Assembly: GCA_017464805.1 (NCBI GenBank)
Contig: JAFTYE010000014.1
Coordinates: 8,476 to 72,475 of the forward strand
DNA: 64,000 nt
Source of the DNA: Clostridia bacterium
GTDB taxonomy: Bacteria; Bacillota; Clostridia; Oscillospirales; CAG-272
Direction of reading: 5' to 3'
Position numbers and translations under genes: made by a program. The notes below the pieces were generated by a model. The model was not told the origin of the DNA. It did no database searches and was given only the letters and a program-made list of their open reading frames with translations. Each line of letters opens with the position of its first letter. The stretch's first letter is position 1. This document shows positions 35,803 to 45,151 of this stretch, piece after piece.

Positions 35803-36822
35803 TTAACCCACAATACCCGAACGCTCGATACCCTGAATGAGGTATTTCTGGCAGAACAGGTAGATGACAACCAGCGGCAACATGATCAGAATATGCGTGG
35901 TATTGATCACAGCAGATTCAAACATGGAGTATGCCGGGAAGGTTGCCTTCAACGACGTCAGACTCTGCGGCACGGTGATGATTTTGGGCATCAGGATGCG
36001 CTCACCAAAGGTGATATCGTTAAACAGCGAGGTGTAGAACTCATCCGTCCACTGCCAAGAGAAGGAGAGCACGAAGATCGTGATCATCATCGGAATGGAC
36101 AGGGGCAGAATGATCTGCACGAAGGTTCTGTACACGCCGGATCCATCCACATATGCAGACTCTTCGAGCTCATCCGGAACACCCGTGAAGAACTGGCGCA
36201 TCATGAAGATGAACAGACCGTTCTTGAAGGCAAGACCGGTAAGGGACAGAAGGGTCAGCGGAACGTCGGTTTCCAGGACGTTGCCAAAGAAGTAGAAGTC
36301 CTCAAACAGCTCATAAAGAGCCAGCTTGATCGTACGGTGGGGGATGATCATCGTGAGCACCACCAGAAGCATCATGATCGAGCTGCCGCGGAAGCGAAAT
36401 TTGGCAAGACCGTAGCCGACAAGACAAGCGACCAGCGTTTGAAGCAGAGCGCACGTCAAGGACAACAGGGCGGTATTGACACAGGCTTCAAGGTAACTGT
36501 TTTCCAGGATGATTGCCTTGTAAGTGTCCAGCGTCCAGTTTTTGGGGATCAGACGAACGGTTACGTCCGCGAAATCCTCATAGTACATGAACGAGCCTGT
36601 TACCTTTGCAAAGAACGGGAACAGGATGATGTAGGAGATACCGATCAGAAGGATCAATCGGAAAACGTACCAGACCACCTTTTGCAGGAAGAAGGTCGAG
36701 AAAAACTTTGCTTTTATGCGCTGCCACAAGGGCGTACGCTCGAAGTCCACGCGGATCTTGTTCTTGGATTCCTTGAGAACCTTGGGCATCTCGGTAGGCT
36801 GCGGGATGTGCGAATCGTTCAT
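35803..36822 (-). CDS. Carbohydrate ABC transporter permease (pair 2, MalG-like)
   Basis: Multi-TM with EAA loop ESAYVDGSGVYRTFVQIILP. Confidence 0.85.
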   Translation of the reverse strand: MNDSHIPQPTEMPKVLKESKNKIRVDFERTPLWQRIKAKFFSTFFLQKVVWYVFRLILLIGISYIILFPFFAKVTGSFMYYEDFADVTVRLIPKNWTLDTYKAIILENSYLEACVNTALLSLTCALLQTLVACLVGYGLAKFRFRGSSIMMLLVVLTMIIPHRTIKLALYELFEDFYFFGNVLETDVPLTLLSLTGLAFKNGLFIFMMRQFFTGVPDELEESAYVDGSGVYRTFVQIILPLSIPMMITIFVLSFSWQWTDEFYTSLFNDITFGERILMPKIITVPQSLTSLKATFPAYSMFESAVINTTHILIMLPLVVIYLFCQKYLIQGIERSGIVG

Positions 36823-36839
36823 TCAACTTTCCTCCTTTC

Positions 36840-37871
36840 TCAGCTATCGCGCTTCTGATAGAAGACGAAAGCGGAAAATATGCCGGCGAATGCGGCTATG
36901 ATCAGCATAACGATAATGAAGTATATCCAGGACATTGCTGTTGCCTGCTCCATCGCGCCGATGTCACCGCTACTGTAATGCGTGTCGATATACTGCATAA
37001 CCACGTTAGATGCGCTGGTAAACGAGTCGATAATGGTATACAAACCGTTTACCAGGATCATCGGGCTGATCATGGGAAGCGTGATCTTCCAGAAGGTTTC
37101 CCAAGCAGTTGCACCGTCGATCGTACAAGCCTCGTAGATCGAGGGGGAGATCGACTGGAGTGCTGCCAGGAAAATCAGAATTTGAACGCCGGAGCGGTTA
37201 ACGATGTTATAGATATCATTGACCAGCCCCACGACGTAGGACACGATTTCGGTACCTACCTTCATGTTGGCGAACAGGTTTTCGATATCCACCGCATTGA
37301 TGATCTCGGTGGAGGCACTGGTACCCGAGCCGTCATTCATTGAGCCGCTTTCCATGTTATCGACCGCCAGGTTGCTGACGTCGTCAAGCAAACCGGTGGA
37401 GAGGATAACAGGAATGAAGAAGATGGCACGGAAGGCAGCACGACCGAGCATTTTCTGGTTCAGCACCACGGCAACGAAGAGCGAGAAGATGACGATCGCG
37501 GGGATGTCGATGATCAGCTGCTTCAAGCCGGCTATCAGCGTTTGCACGAACTGGGCATCTCCGAAGAAAGCGTACTGATAATGTTCAAAGCCTACAAAGG
37601 TGATGACCTCTTCACGTAGCTTGATGTCGTAGGTGATGGTACAGAAGCTATAAGAAATGGAGTTGACGATCACCGGCAGATAGATAAACAGAATGCCGAT
37701 GATAAAGGGGAGGATAAAGCCGATACCCTGCAGGGCTTTTCTCTTCTCAAGGGAATTGGGACGTAAAAGCTTTGTGACCTTGCCCCAGCCTGCGGCAAAT
37801 TTTGCCGCAGTGCCGGAGGAAGCTTTTTCGTTAGGAGCAAGAGCGTTTTGGTCGATAGCGTTATTATTCAT
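36840..37871 (-). CDS. Sugar ABC transporter permease (pair 2, MalF-like) with an enlarged extracytoplasmic loop
   Basis: EAA loop EACTIDGATAWETFWKITLP. There is an insert of about 60 aa between TM helices. Confidence 0.85.
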   Translation of the reverse strand: MNNNAIDQNALAPNEKASSGTAAKFAAGWGKVTKLLRPNSLEKRKALQGIGFILPFIIGILFIYLPVIVNSISYSFCTITYDIKLREEVITFVGFEHYQYAFFGDAQFVQTLIAGLKQLIIDIPAIVIFSLFVAVVLNQKMLGRAAFRAIFFIPVILSTGLLDDVSNLAVDNMESGSMNDGSGTSASTEIINAVDIENLFANMKVGTEIVSYVVGLVNDIYNIVNRSGVQILIFLAALQSISPSIYEACTIDGATAWETFWKITLPMISPMILVNGLYTIIDSFTSASNVVMQYIDTHYSSGDIGAMEQATAMSWIYFIIVMLIIAAFAGIFSAFVFYQKRDS

Positions 37872-37884
37872 AATTCTCTTCTCC

Positions 37885-40800
37885 TTACTTTTTGAAAGTC
37901 ACATAGTCATAACCGGGAACGGTGTAAGTTTGACCGTTCAGGTTGACCTGTGCGTCGCTTGTGGTATAGTTGAGGATAAACACCGTACCGTCCTCGTAGG
38001 TGACCATGACCAGCATGCCGTTCGAGACGGTGTACTTGGTCGTGACATATTCGTCACCGGCCATGGCATCCGAGGTGGTAGTGGTAACAGCCACGCCCAT
38101 CTTGGCAAACACGGCGGCTACCTCTGCATCGTCAGAGAGCGCGATGATCACCTCGTTCGCCGTCAAGGCTTTGCTCTCGAATTGAGCACGGTAGTCGGCG
38201 ATGGTCGCCTTCTTCACCTTATCCTTAATGGAAGCTTCGGCAGAGTCCAGAGCCTTCAGAAGCAGCTCGTCATCTGCTGCGAGATCGTCTGCCGTTGCAA
38301 CGCGTTCACCGATCAGGAAGTCGTGATCCACGATCTTCTTGGTTTGCAGGTGACCGATGGCATTGTTGACACGATTGTAGATCTCAAAGAGCTCGCCGGT
38401 TTCAGTCAAATTGCCGTCCTCATCGAACGTACCTGCCCAGATCTTGTAGTTTACGGCGTAATACTGGCTCAAGTCCTCATATTTCTTGAGAAGGTCGGTA
38501 TTGTCGTAGGACAGGGTAAAGTAGACGGAGGCACCGTTCTCAATGGCCTTAAGGATCTGGTAATCCACGTTGCCGGCCATGTTGATCGGGCTACCCGCGA
38601 AATTGACGTAACCGTGCAGAACCATGCCGACGAAGGGCACGGAGCGGCTGGTATTGGTAAAGCGGGAGTTGTCCAGTGCGGCATCCAGAAGGTGGGTGAC
38701 GTGCTGCAGGGCGTATGCGTTACCGCCCGAGGTCATGACGTTACCGTATTCGGACGAAATCTGATCCAGAACATCAGAAATGATCTGCTTTGCATCTTCA
38801 CGGTTCGTCGGGTTCTTTTTACCAAAGTCGGAGTTTAGGTCGCTACCCATGGTCGACACGGAAATGCCGATGGGATCGAACTTGGAGAATGCCTTGGTAA
38901 AACGCTGATAGTACACGTCTACCATGACAGGAGTCACGCACATATCAAAGTAGCTGACGAATTCCTGATAGGTAGCGTCGTATACGCGGAGGTTTGCATA
39001 ACGGTTATCGATGGTTCTGGCAGCAGCCGCCTTAACGGAAATGCCGTCAAACAGAGCTGTGTCGGTGATGTACATGAAATCGAATTCGGGATATACGCCG
39101 TATCCGTTATCACGGGCATCGGAAAGCAGGCTGTTAAAGCCGTCCTTACCGCCGACCTCCTTCATCCACTTCAGCTTACTGGGGTAGGTGGAGTACATAC
39201 CGCCGTTGGCAAAGCCGGTGAGCTTGAACTGCACATTGGTGATGCCGTTCGTGGAGAGGTCGTCGTACATTTTTTGGATGTCATCGAAGGTCGTAAGCGG
39301 AACATCCACCTCGACGGGAATGGATAGAATTCTCTGGGTATCCGGAACGGTACCGAATGCCTCGACGTACAGGGGCAGCTTGCCGTCCGTAATGTCTGCC
39401 TCGGTCAGGGCCGTGAGAACATTTGCCACGTTGACCAGATAGTGAGAATACACGTTTGCCATACCTACGTAGGAGGCCTCGAAATACTTGCGATTTGCTG
39501 CGGCAAGCTCATCCTTGACACTTTCATCATGCAGCATATAGATACGCATGGTGTAGCTGCCCGTATATTTACGGGAGGCTTCTACCGTCCACTGAGTAGC
39601 GGAGGAGCCGGAGGAAATGTCACCGGAAATATCGTAGGTATCCTTCGGGCGAGGCTTGAAGGTGGTGTAAACCGAGGTATAGCTGTTACTTACCTGTGTG
39701 CTCCAGGCAGCCGTGATGCTGGCCATGGCATCGCCTTCCTCCAGGATGGCGAGGTAGCCGGTCTTGGAACTCTTCTCTTCCTCGATCACGTTTCCTCCCT
39801 CGTCAAGAACGGCAGGAACGGTCACGTCATTAACAAGACCGAATACGGGAACGCGGATGGATTCCTGATGCTTACCGGAGATGACGTGGTAAGCGTAGTC
39901 GGTGCCGTAAACAGAGCCGGTCAGGATACCCGTTCCCTGCGCAACCATATCGTCATAGTCGATGATGGCACCGCCTCCGTCGGGATAAAAGAGATAGCCG
40001 TCCTGGTTGGTGTTACCTGCACCGAAATACTGCAGGGGGGTAACGTAGTCCAACTGATACAGGGAGTTATCGAAACGGATACCGTTTGCGGGCAGACGGA
40101 TGGTCATGCCCTCATCGGTCAGGGTATACTGCAGAGCCAGCTTGAAGAGCGGGGGGTTGACATCCTTGGAGACGTAACCGGTCTGCTCGTGGTCCTTGAG
40201 CAGCTCGTCGAGCGTGTAGTCGGGGCAGTATTCCTTTACGATACGCTCCATGGCGGCCTTATCGCGCGCGGTTACCTGCGTTTCCTGTCTGACGTAGATA
40301 GCACCGATCGTATCGACGATGGTGTATTCCTTTTTCAGATCGGCGTTGCTCTTGAGGTCATCGGGCGTGATAAGCTTATAGTAGGAGTAGAACAGACGCA
40401 GGTAACGCGCCTCCAGCTTCTGCTTATCGGAGAGGGTGTTGTCATACATGGTAGCCATGATGGTCTCACCGTTGTAGAGGGTAGGATCCGGTTCCCCGTT
40501 TTCATCCAGGAAATACGGGAAGATCAGCGAGAAGATCTCAGACTGCATGCGGACCTCGGTAATTCTACCGGGAACGAGGTAGTTCGCATCCTCACGCCCC
40601 AGGGTGTACTCTACCAGAATACCGTTGATACTGTTGCTGACCTTAATCTGCCCTCTTGCGGCAGCCTCGGTGTAGCTGTAGAAGGTATGGGCGGTATTCT
40701 CAGTGATGTTGGTATAACCCAGCATAATCTGCGAGAGCAGCTGCTTACGGGTATCGGTTGCGATGGACTGATAGTTGGGGATATCGTAGGGGTTGGAGAG

Positions 40801-41109
40801 CAGGATCTGACCGGTCACGATGTCCTTGAAGGCGATCTCGCCGGTATAGTCGTTGACGTACAGCTCATAGTTGCCGTACTTGGCGGCAGGACGCATATTG
40901 ATGTCGCTGTCGATCTTATCCTGTGCGCTCTTGTAGGAGGTGCCGAGGGCGGCGTCGACGATAGCGACGTATTCCTCTTCCTCCTGTACGGGCACATCCT
41001 CCGTGGCCTCAGCGGCCGACACCGTTGCCGTAGGAACCGTACAGAAGATGCCGAGCACGCCAAATGCCATCAACAATGCGAGCATCATTGATAAAATTCT
41101 CTTTTTCAT
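37885..41109 (-). CDS. 1074-aa secreted protein of unknown function (I recall similar proteins annotated DUF5696; possibly glycosidase-like)
   Basis: Signal peptide MKKRILSMMLALLMAFGVLGIFCTVPTATVSAAE. The ATG at 41109 follows GGAGAAAG; the 41325 extension was rejected. I recognise no catalytic motif with confidence. Confidence 0.6.
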   Translation of the reverse strand: MKKRILSMMLALLMAFGVLGIFCTVPTATVSAAEATEDVPVQEEEEYVAIVDAALGTSYKSAQDKIDSDINMRPAAKYGNYELYVNDYTGEIAFKDIVTGQILLSNPYDIPNYQSIATDTRKQLLSQIMLGYTNITENTAHTFYSYTEAAARGQIKVSNSINGILVEYTLGREDANYLVPGRITEVRMQSEIFSLIFPYFLDENGEPDPTLYNGETIMATMYDNTLSDKQKLEARYLRLFYSYYKLITPDDLKSNADLKKEYTIVDTIGAIYVRQETQVTARDKAAMERIVKEYCPDYTLDELLKDHEQTGYVSKDVNPPLFKLALQYTLTDEGMTIRLPANGIRFDNSLYQLDYVTPLQYFGAGNTNQDGYLFYPDGGGAIIDYDDMVAQGTGILTGSVYGTDYAYHVISGKHQESIRVPVFGLVNDVTVPAVLDEGGNVIEEEKSSKTGYLAILEEGDAMASITAAWSTQVSNSYTSVYTTFKPRPKDTYDISGDISSGSSATQWTVEASRKYTGSYTMRIYMLHDESVKDELAAANRKYFEASYVGMANVYSHYLVNVANVLTALTEADITDGKLPLYVEAFGTVPDTQRILSIPVEVDVPLTTFDDIQKMYDDLSTNGITNVQFKLTGFANGGMYSTYPSKLKWMKEVGGKDGFNSLLSDARDNGYGVYPEFDFMYITDTALFDGISVKAAAARTIDNRYANLRVYDATYQEFVSYFDMCVTPVMVDVYYQRFTKAFSKFDPIGISVSTMGSDLNSDFGKKNPTNREDAKQIISDVLDQISSEYGNVMTSGGNAYALQHVTHLLDAALDNSRFTNTSRSVPFVGMVLHGYVNFAGSPINMAGNVDYQILKAIENGASVYFTLSYDNTDLLKKYEDLSQYYAVNYKIWAGTFDEDGNLTETGELFEIYNRVNNAIGHLQTKKIVDHDFLIGERVATADDLAADDELLLKALDSAEASIKDKVKKATIADYRAQFESKALTANEVIIALSDDAEVAAVFAKMGVAVTTTTSDAMAGDEYVTTKYTVSNGMLVMVTYEDGTVFILNYTTSDAQVNLNGQTYTVPGYDYVTFKK

Positions 41110-41126
41110 AGCTCTTTCTCCTATAC

Positions 41127-43271
41127 TTATACTACGCGGTAGCTGAGCTCGGTCACGATCGAGGTCACAAAGGACAGGATCTTGCCAAGCAAGCTGGTGA
41201 ACAAAACGGCAACGAACATGATGATGGCCATTGCCAGGATGGTACCGAGGGTGGTTGCGATGGTCTTGTACATAGAGTAGTCGTGCGTTACCATCATGCC
41301 GAAGAAGATGAGGAACGCCGCCCAAATGAAGCCTACGACGACCAGGAGCGAAACGATCTGCGCCTCGCCGAGGGCAACGAAGTTAGAAAGCAGGGTGGAG
41401 ATGATCAGAAGGAGCGGCAGGGGCGCCAGTGCATAGCAGCAGGCGATGATGATGTCTTTGATGCTGCCTTCACCATCGAACAGGGTGGTCAGGCACCAGT
41501 TTGAGATCGCCCACAGAATAAGCGGCACGCACACGGAGATGACCTGCACAAAGATGGTGGAGTAGGTATCCTCGGGATTGAGGAGGTAACCCGTACCGAC
41601 CGACTGATAGAAGAAGCAGAGAATGACAATACCGAGAATGGTAAGTGCCGCGCGCATCGAGCCGCGCTTCTCATGCTTCAGATCCCAGAAGCCGTCGAAG
41701 GGGTGATATACCAGGTGGAAGGAGTACAGAAGCTCCTGCCAATAGGTTCTCTTCGCACGGGAGTGAGCAGTTGCATAGTTGACGCGCTTCACGTACTTCA
41801 TGGCGAAGGACCAAGCAACAACAACGGCAATAATGATCACGGGGATCAGGAGGAAGAAGTCTGCCATCCAGCTCTTACGAAGCTCCTGATAGGACTTAGA
41901 GTAGTACTCGGTTTCGTACGCGGATTTCAGATATTCCATAGACGCTTCATAGTCGGAGTCGTTATAAAGCGCTTTACCGATACCGATATAAGCAGTATCA
42001 AAGTTGTTGTTCTGACGGAGAACGGCCATCCAGCAATCGATCGCTTTGTCATGCTCACGATTGTTTTCGCAAGCAAGTGCCTCGATCAGTAGGTTGCCGT
42101 AATCGGTACGCTGGAAGACAGTGAAGCTATCCTGTTCTTTATCAAGAACGAGGAGGTTGCTTCCTTGATACGCCACGGCACCGACGCTGACGAGATTGCC
42201 CAGCTGGGCGCCCGATTTCGCGCCGACATCACCAAAGGCGAAGAGGAGGTTACCGTTGGAGTCGTAAGTAAAGATCTTGCTTCTCTTGGAGTCGATAATC
42301 GACCAGGTTCCCTCGGGGCCGCAGGCGACATCCACGATCTTGGAAACGCCGGAATAGGCTGCGTTGGACGCAATGGAGAAGGATACCTCGCCGCTGGGAT
42401 CGAAGAAGCCGTTACGCTTCATGATCTCGTCACCGGATGAATTGAGCTTTTTGATAGGCGAATACGCAGCATCCTTGCTCTCGATAGCACCCATCTGGTC
42501 GCTTTCGGAGATTGAGGAAATGGTTACATAAATGAAGCCTTCGTCATCAATGGCGATGTTGTTGAAGGAGGTCGGCACGAAGGTCTGGGACTGTGCGCGC
42601 TGCTCCGCGGTCTGGAAGCGACGCCAGATGATCTGAATGATATCGTAGGAAACCTTCTGTGCACCGATAAAGCCGTTAAAGTTGCCGTTTTCGTCCATGA
42701 CGACAATACCCTGGTTGGTCTGCGAGGAGACAACGTAGAGTCGGCCGTACTGGTCAACCGCCATAGCGATTGGCATGAACACGGAGTCCGTACCGAAGAG
42801 GGCGGATTTCGGCTTTTCAATAACCTTATCGAAGTTCCCTTCTCTGTCGAAGCGAACGATACGCTCGTTGTTGGTGTCGCAAACGTAGATGTGCTTATCG
42901 TTTACGAACACACCGTTCGGCTTGTCGAGCGAGTCATCAACGCCCTCCCCATTTACGAAGGCATCCAGCGTAAAGAGGCACTTGTAGTTAGGGTCGGTGA
43001 CGACGATGCGGCTGTTTGCCGTATCAGCGATGTAAACGCGATTTTGCTTATCCACGAACAGGTCGGTGGCTTCGTCGATCTTGACGGCAAGGCCGATGTC
43101 GGCAGAGTCGATGCTATCCTGCGCCCAGTAGGCGGCGGGAGAGTGGAGAGCGAAGCCGTCCGAGGAGTAGGTGTAGGTCTGATAGGACTCTGCACCGAAG
43201 ATGGGAGTGGCGGAAAACAGGGTAGTCAAGCAAAGGAGTAGAAGGGCAAATATTGTGAGTTTTCTTTTCAT
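41127..43271 (-). CDS. Signal peptide + NHL-repeat beta-propeller + TPR-like segment + C-terminal Yip1-type multi-TM domain protein
   Basis: NHL-like repeats (NRVYIADTANSRIVV, HIYVCDTNNERIVRF, GRLYVVSSQTNQGIVV...). The C-terminal about 230 aa has 5-6 TM helices, as in Yip1-domain proteins. Confidence 0.65.
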   Translation of the reverse strand: MKRKLTIFALLLLCLTTLFSATPIFGAESYQTYTYSSDGFALHSPAAYWAQDSIDSADIGLAVKIDEATDLFVDKQNRVYIADTANSRIVVTDPNYKCLFTLDAFVNGEGVDDSLDKPNGVFVNDKHIYVCDTNNERIVRFDREGNFDKVIEKPKSALFGTDSVFMPIAMAVDQYGRLYVVSSQTNQGIVVMDENGNFNGFIGAQKVSYDIIQIIWRRFQTAEQRAQSQTFVPTSFNNIAIDDEGFIYVTISSISESDQMGAIESKDAAYSPIKKLNSSGDEIMKRNGFFDPSGEVSFSIASNAAYSGVSKIVDVACGPEGTWSIIDSKRSKIFTYDSNGNLLFAFGDVGAKSGAQLGNLVSVGAVAYQGSNLLVLDKEQDSFTVFQRTDYGNLLIEALACENNREHDKAIDCWMAVLRQNNNFDTAYIGIGKALYNDSDYEASMEYLKSAYETEYYSKSYQELRKSWMADFFLLIPVIIIAVVVAWSFAMKYVKRVNYATAHSRAKRTYWQELLYSFHLVYHPFDGFWDLKHEKRGSMRAALTILGIVILCFFYQSVGTGYLLNPEDTYSTIFVQVISVCVPLILWAISNWCLTTLFDGEGSIKDIIIACCYALAPLPLLLIISTLLSNFVALGEAQIVSLLVVVGFIWAAFLIFFGMMVTHDYSMYKTIATTLGTILAMAIIMFVAVLFTSLLGKILSFVTSIVTELSYRVV

Positions 43272-43287
43272 TCTCTTCTCTCCTCTC

Positions 43288-44163
43288 TTAATCTTTCATA
43301 CCGCTGGAGCCCATCGTTTCGATGATGTTACTCTGGGAAACCACGAACACGGCAATCGGCACGACCATGGTAATAACGGTTGCGGCCGCACCGGCTCCGG
43401 CACGGGCGACACCACCGTTCACGATCTGCTGGATCGCGTAGTTGAAGCTTTTCAGCTGTTCAGACTGAATATAGATGGATGCACCGGTGTTCCACAGGCC
43501 CTTGAAGGACTCAATAATCAGGGTCAGCCATGCGGGCTTAACCATCGGCATGGCGATCGTAAGGAAGGTGCGGAACTCGCTCGCACCGTCAAGGCGGGCA
43601 CTTTCCAGCACCGCATCGGATACGGAGGATTCCATAAACTGCTTCATGAGATAAAGACCCATGGTCGTTGCCAGGGCGGGGACGATGATCGCGAGGTAGG
43701 TGTCCACCATGCGGAACGCGGTAAGCAGGATGAAGTGCGTTACCTGGTTGACCGTGGAGTGGAACATCAGGGACATAACGATCATCTCGAACATCCACTT
43801 GCGGCCGGGGAAGTTTAGCTTTGCAAGGGCGTATGCCGCCATGGAAGCGAGAACCAGGTTACCAAGAGTACCGGCCGCGGTGATGAGCACCGTGTTGAAA
43901 ATGTGACGGGAAAACGGGACCCACGAGGTGTTCATCAGGGAGAACAGATCGGAGAAGTTTTCGAGCGTCGGGTTCATAACGTAGAAGCGCGGGGGGAACA
44001 TCCACAGCTCGTCAAGGGGTTTCAGGGACTGCATGATGACGTAAAGCATCGGCAGGAACATGAAGGCACCCATGAGGATGAGGAAGAAGGAAATGCCCGC
44101 ATCACCGCCGGCAGAACGGTTGAGGACGACTTTATGGTTTCTTGTTCTTAATTTCTTCGCCAT
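43288..44163 (-). CDS. Carbohydrate ABC transporter permease (pair 1, MalG-like)
   Basis: EAA loop ESARLDGASEFRTFLTIAMP. Confidence 0.85.
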   Translation of the reverse strand: MAKKLRTRNHKVVLNRSAGGDAGISFFLILMGAFMFLPMLYVIMQSLKPLDELWMFPPRFYVMNPTLENFSDLFSLMNTSWVPFSRHIFNTVLITAAGTLGNLVLASMAAYALAKLNFPGRKWMFEMIVMSLMFHSTVNQVTHFILLTAFRMVDTYLAIIVPALATTMGLYLMKQFMESSVSDAVLESARLDGASEFRTFLTIAMPMVKPAWLTLIIESFKGLWNTGASIYIQSEQLKSFNYAIQQIVNGGVARAGAGAAATVITMVVPIAVFVVSQSNIIETMGSSGMKD

Positions 44164-44164
44164 A

Positions 44165-45112
44165 TTATTGTCCTACCTTTGAAAGTGCTTTCTTGATGAT
44201 CATGTTACTGCCGAGCATGATCACGAACAGGACGACGGCGATGGTGGAGGAATATCCTACCTCAAATCGCTGACCGCCGTAGTCATCCAGATGGTGCATG
44301 ATGGTGTGTGCGCAGTAGTTCAGGGACGGGAAGCCGCAAAGTGCAGTAACAACGCCGCCGAAGCCGAAGGATTGGGTGATAGCCAGCACAGCACCGAACA
44401 TCAGCTGCGGGCGCATAGTAGGCAGGGTGATGTACCACAGCTCCTGCCAGCGGTTACGGATGCCGTCCACCGCCGCAGCCTCAAAGAGACTCTTATCAAT
44501 GGTTTGCAGACCGGCGATGAAGGAAAGGAACGCGGTACCGAGCGAGGTCCAGAGGGCCACCACGCAACAAAGCGGCATGATATAGGCTTCATCCTGGAAC
44601 CACAGGATCGGAGTATCGATAATACCGAGATTCATGAGCGTACCGTTGACCCAACCGTAGGAGTCACCGGAGAACATGATTGACCAAACCATGTAAACGG
44701 AGCCGGAAATGGAGGGTGCGTAGAAGATCAGTGTAACAACCGCGCGGATCTTCGGAGGAAGCTCATTGATAAACCAAGCGATCAAAAAGGACAGGATGTA
44801 GGATACAGGGCCTGTGATCGCGGCAAAGATCAACGTGTTTTTACATGCGAGAATAAAGATCTCGTCGTCGAGGAAAAGTCGGACATAGTTGTCCACGCCG
44901 ACCATCTTCGGCCATTCGAGAAGGTTAAATTCTGTGAAGCTCAAGAAAATCGAGAACGCTACCGGCAGGACGGTGAACACGAAGAACAGGATCATAAACG
45001 GGCCAACCATCAGATAAGCCGTTTTATTACGTTTCATCTCTTTCCATGTCCACTGCCATTTGGTCATATCTTTACGAGATACCGGTCGCTTGACCGCCTC
45101 ATTCTGTGACAT
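44165..45112 (-). CDS. Sugar ABC transporter permease (pair 1, MalF-like)
   Basis: EAA loop EAAAVDGIRNRWQELWYITLP. Confidence 0.85.
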   Translation of the reverse strand: MSQNEAVKRPVSRKDMTKWQWTWKEMKRNKTAYLMVGPFMILFFVFTVLPVAFSIFLSFTEFNLLEWPKMVGVDNYVRLFLDDEIFILACKNTLIFAAITGPVSYILSFLIAWFINELPPKIRAVVTLIFYAPSISGSVYMVWSIMFSGDSYGWVNGTLMNLGIIDTPILWFQDEAYIMPLCCVVALWTSLGTAFLSFIAGLQTIDKSLFEAAAVDGIRNRWQELWYITLPTMRPQLMFGAVLAITQSFGFGGVVTALCGFPSLNYCAHTIMHHLDDYGGQRFEVGYSSTIAVVLFVIMLGSNMIIKKALSKVGQ

Positions 45113-45151
45113 TCGTTTTTCTCCTTATGTAGATTTTGTGGTAAATTCCGA

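Noticed and set aside
35893-41091. Long plus-strand ORFs (35893..36858, 37693..38838, 39442..41091) opposite the ABC operon
   Set aside because: All are antisense shadows of well-supported permease or secreted-protein genes. They have repetitive Gly/Val/Asp/His composition and no start context.
41110-41325. N-terminal extensions offered by the ORF track (41325 for the secreted protein; likewise 26152, 18122, 51897, 61612, 10993, 59522, 56607, 55939, 52928, 51892)
   Set aside because: In each case an internal ATG has a proper Shine-Dalgarno and yields a canonical N-terminus (signal peptide, Cys2 nucleophile, Rossmann start, and so on). The extension overlaps the upstream gene or promoter and has odd composition.
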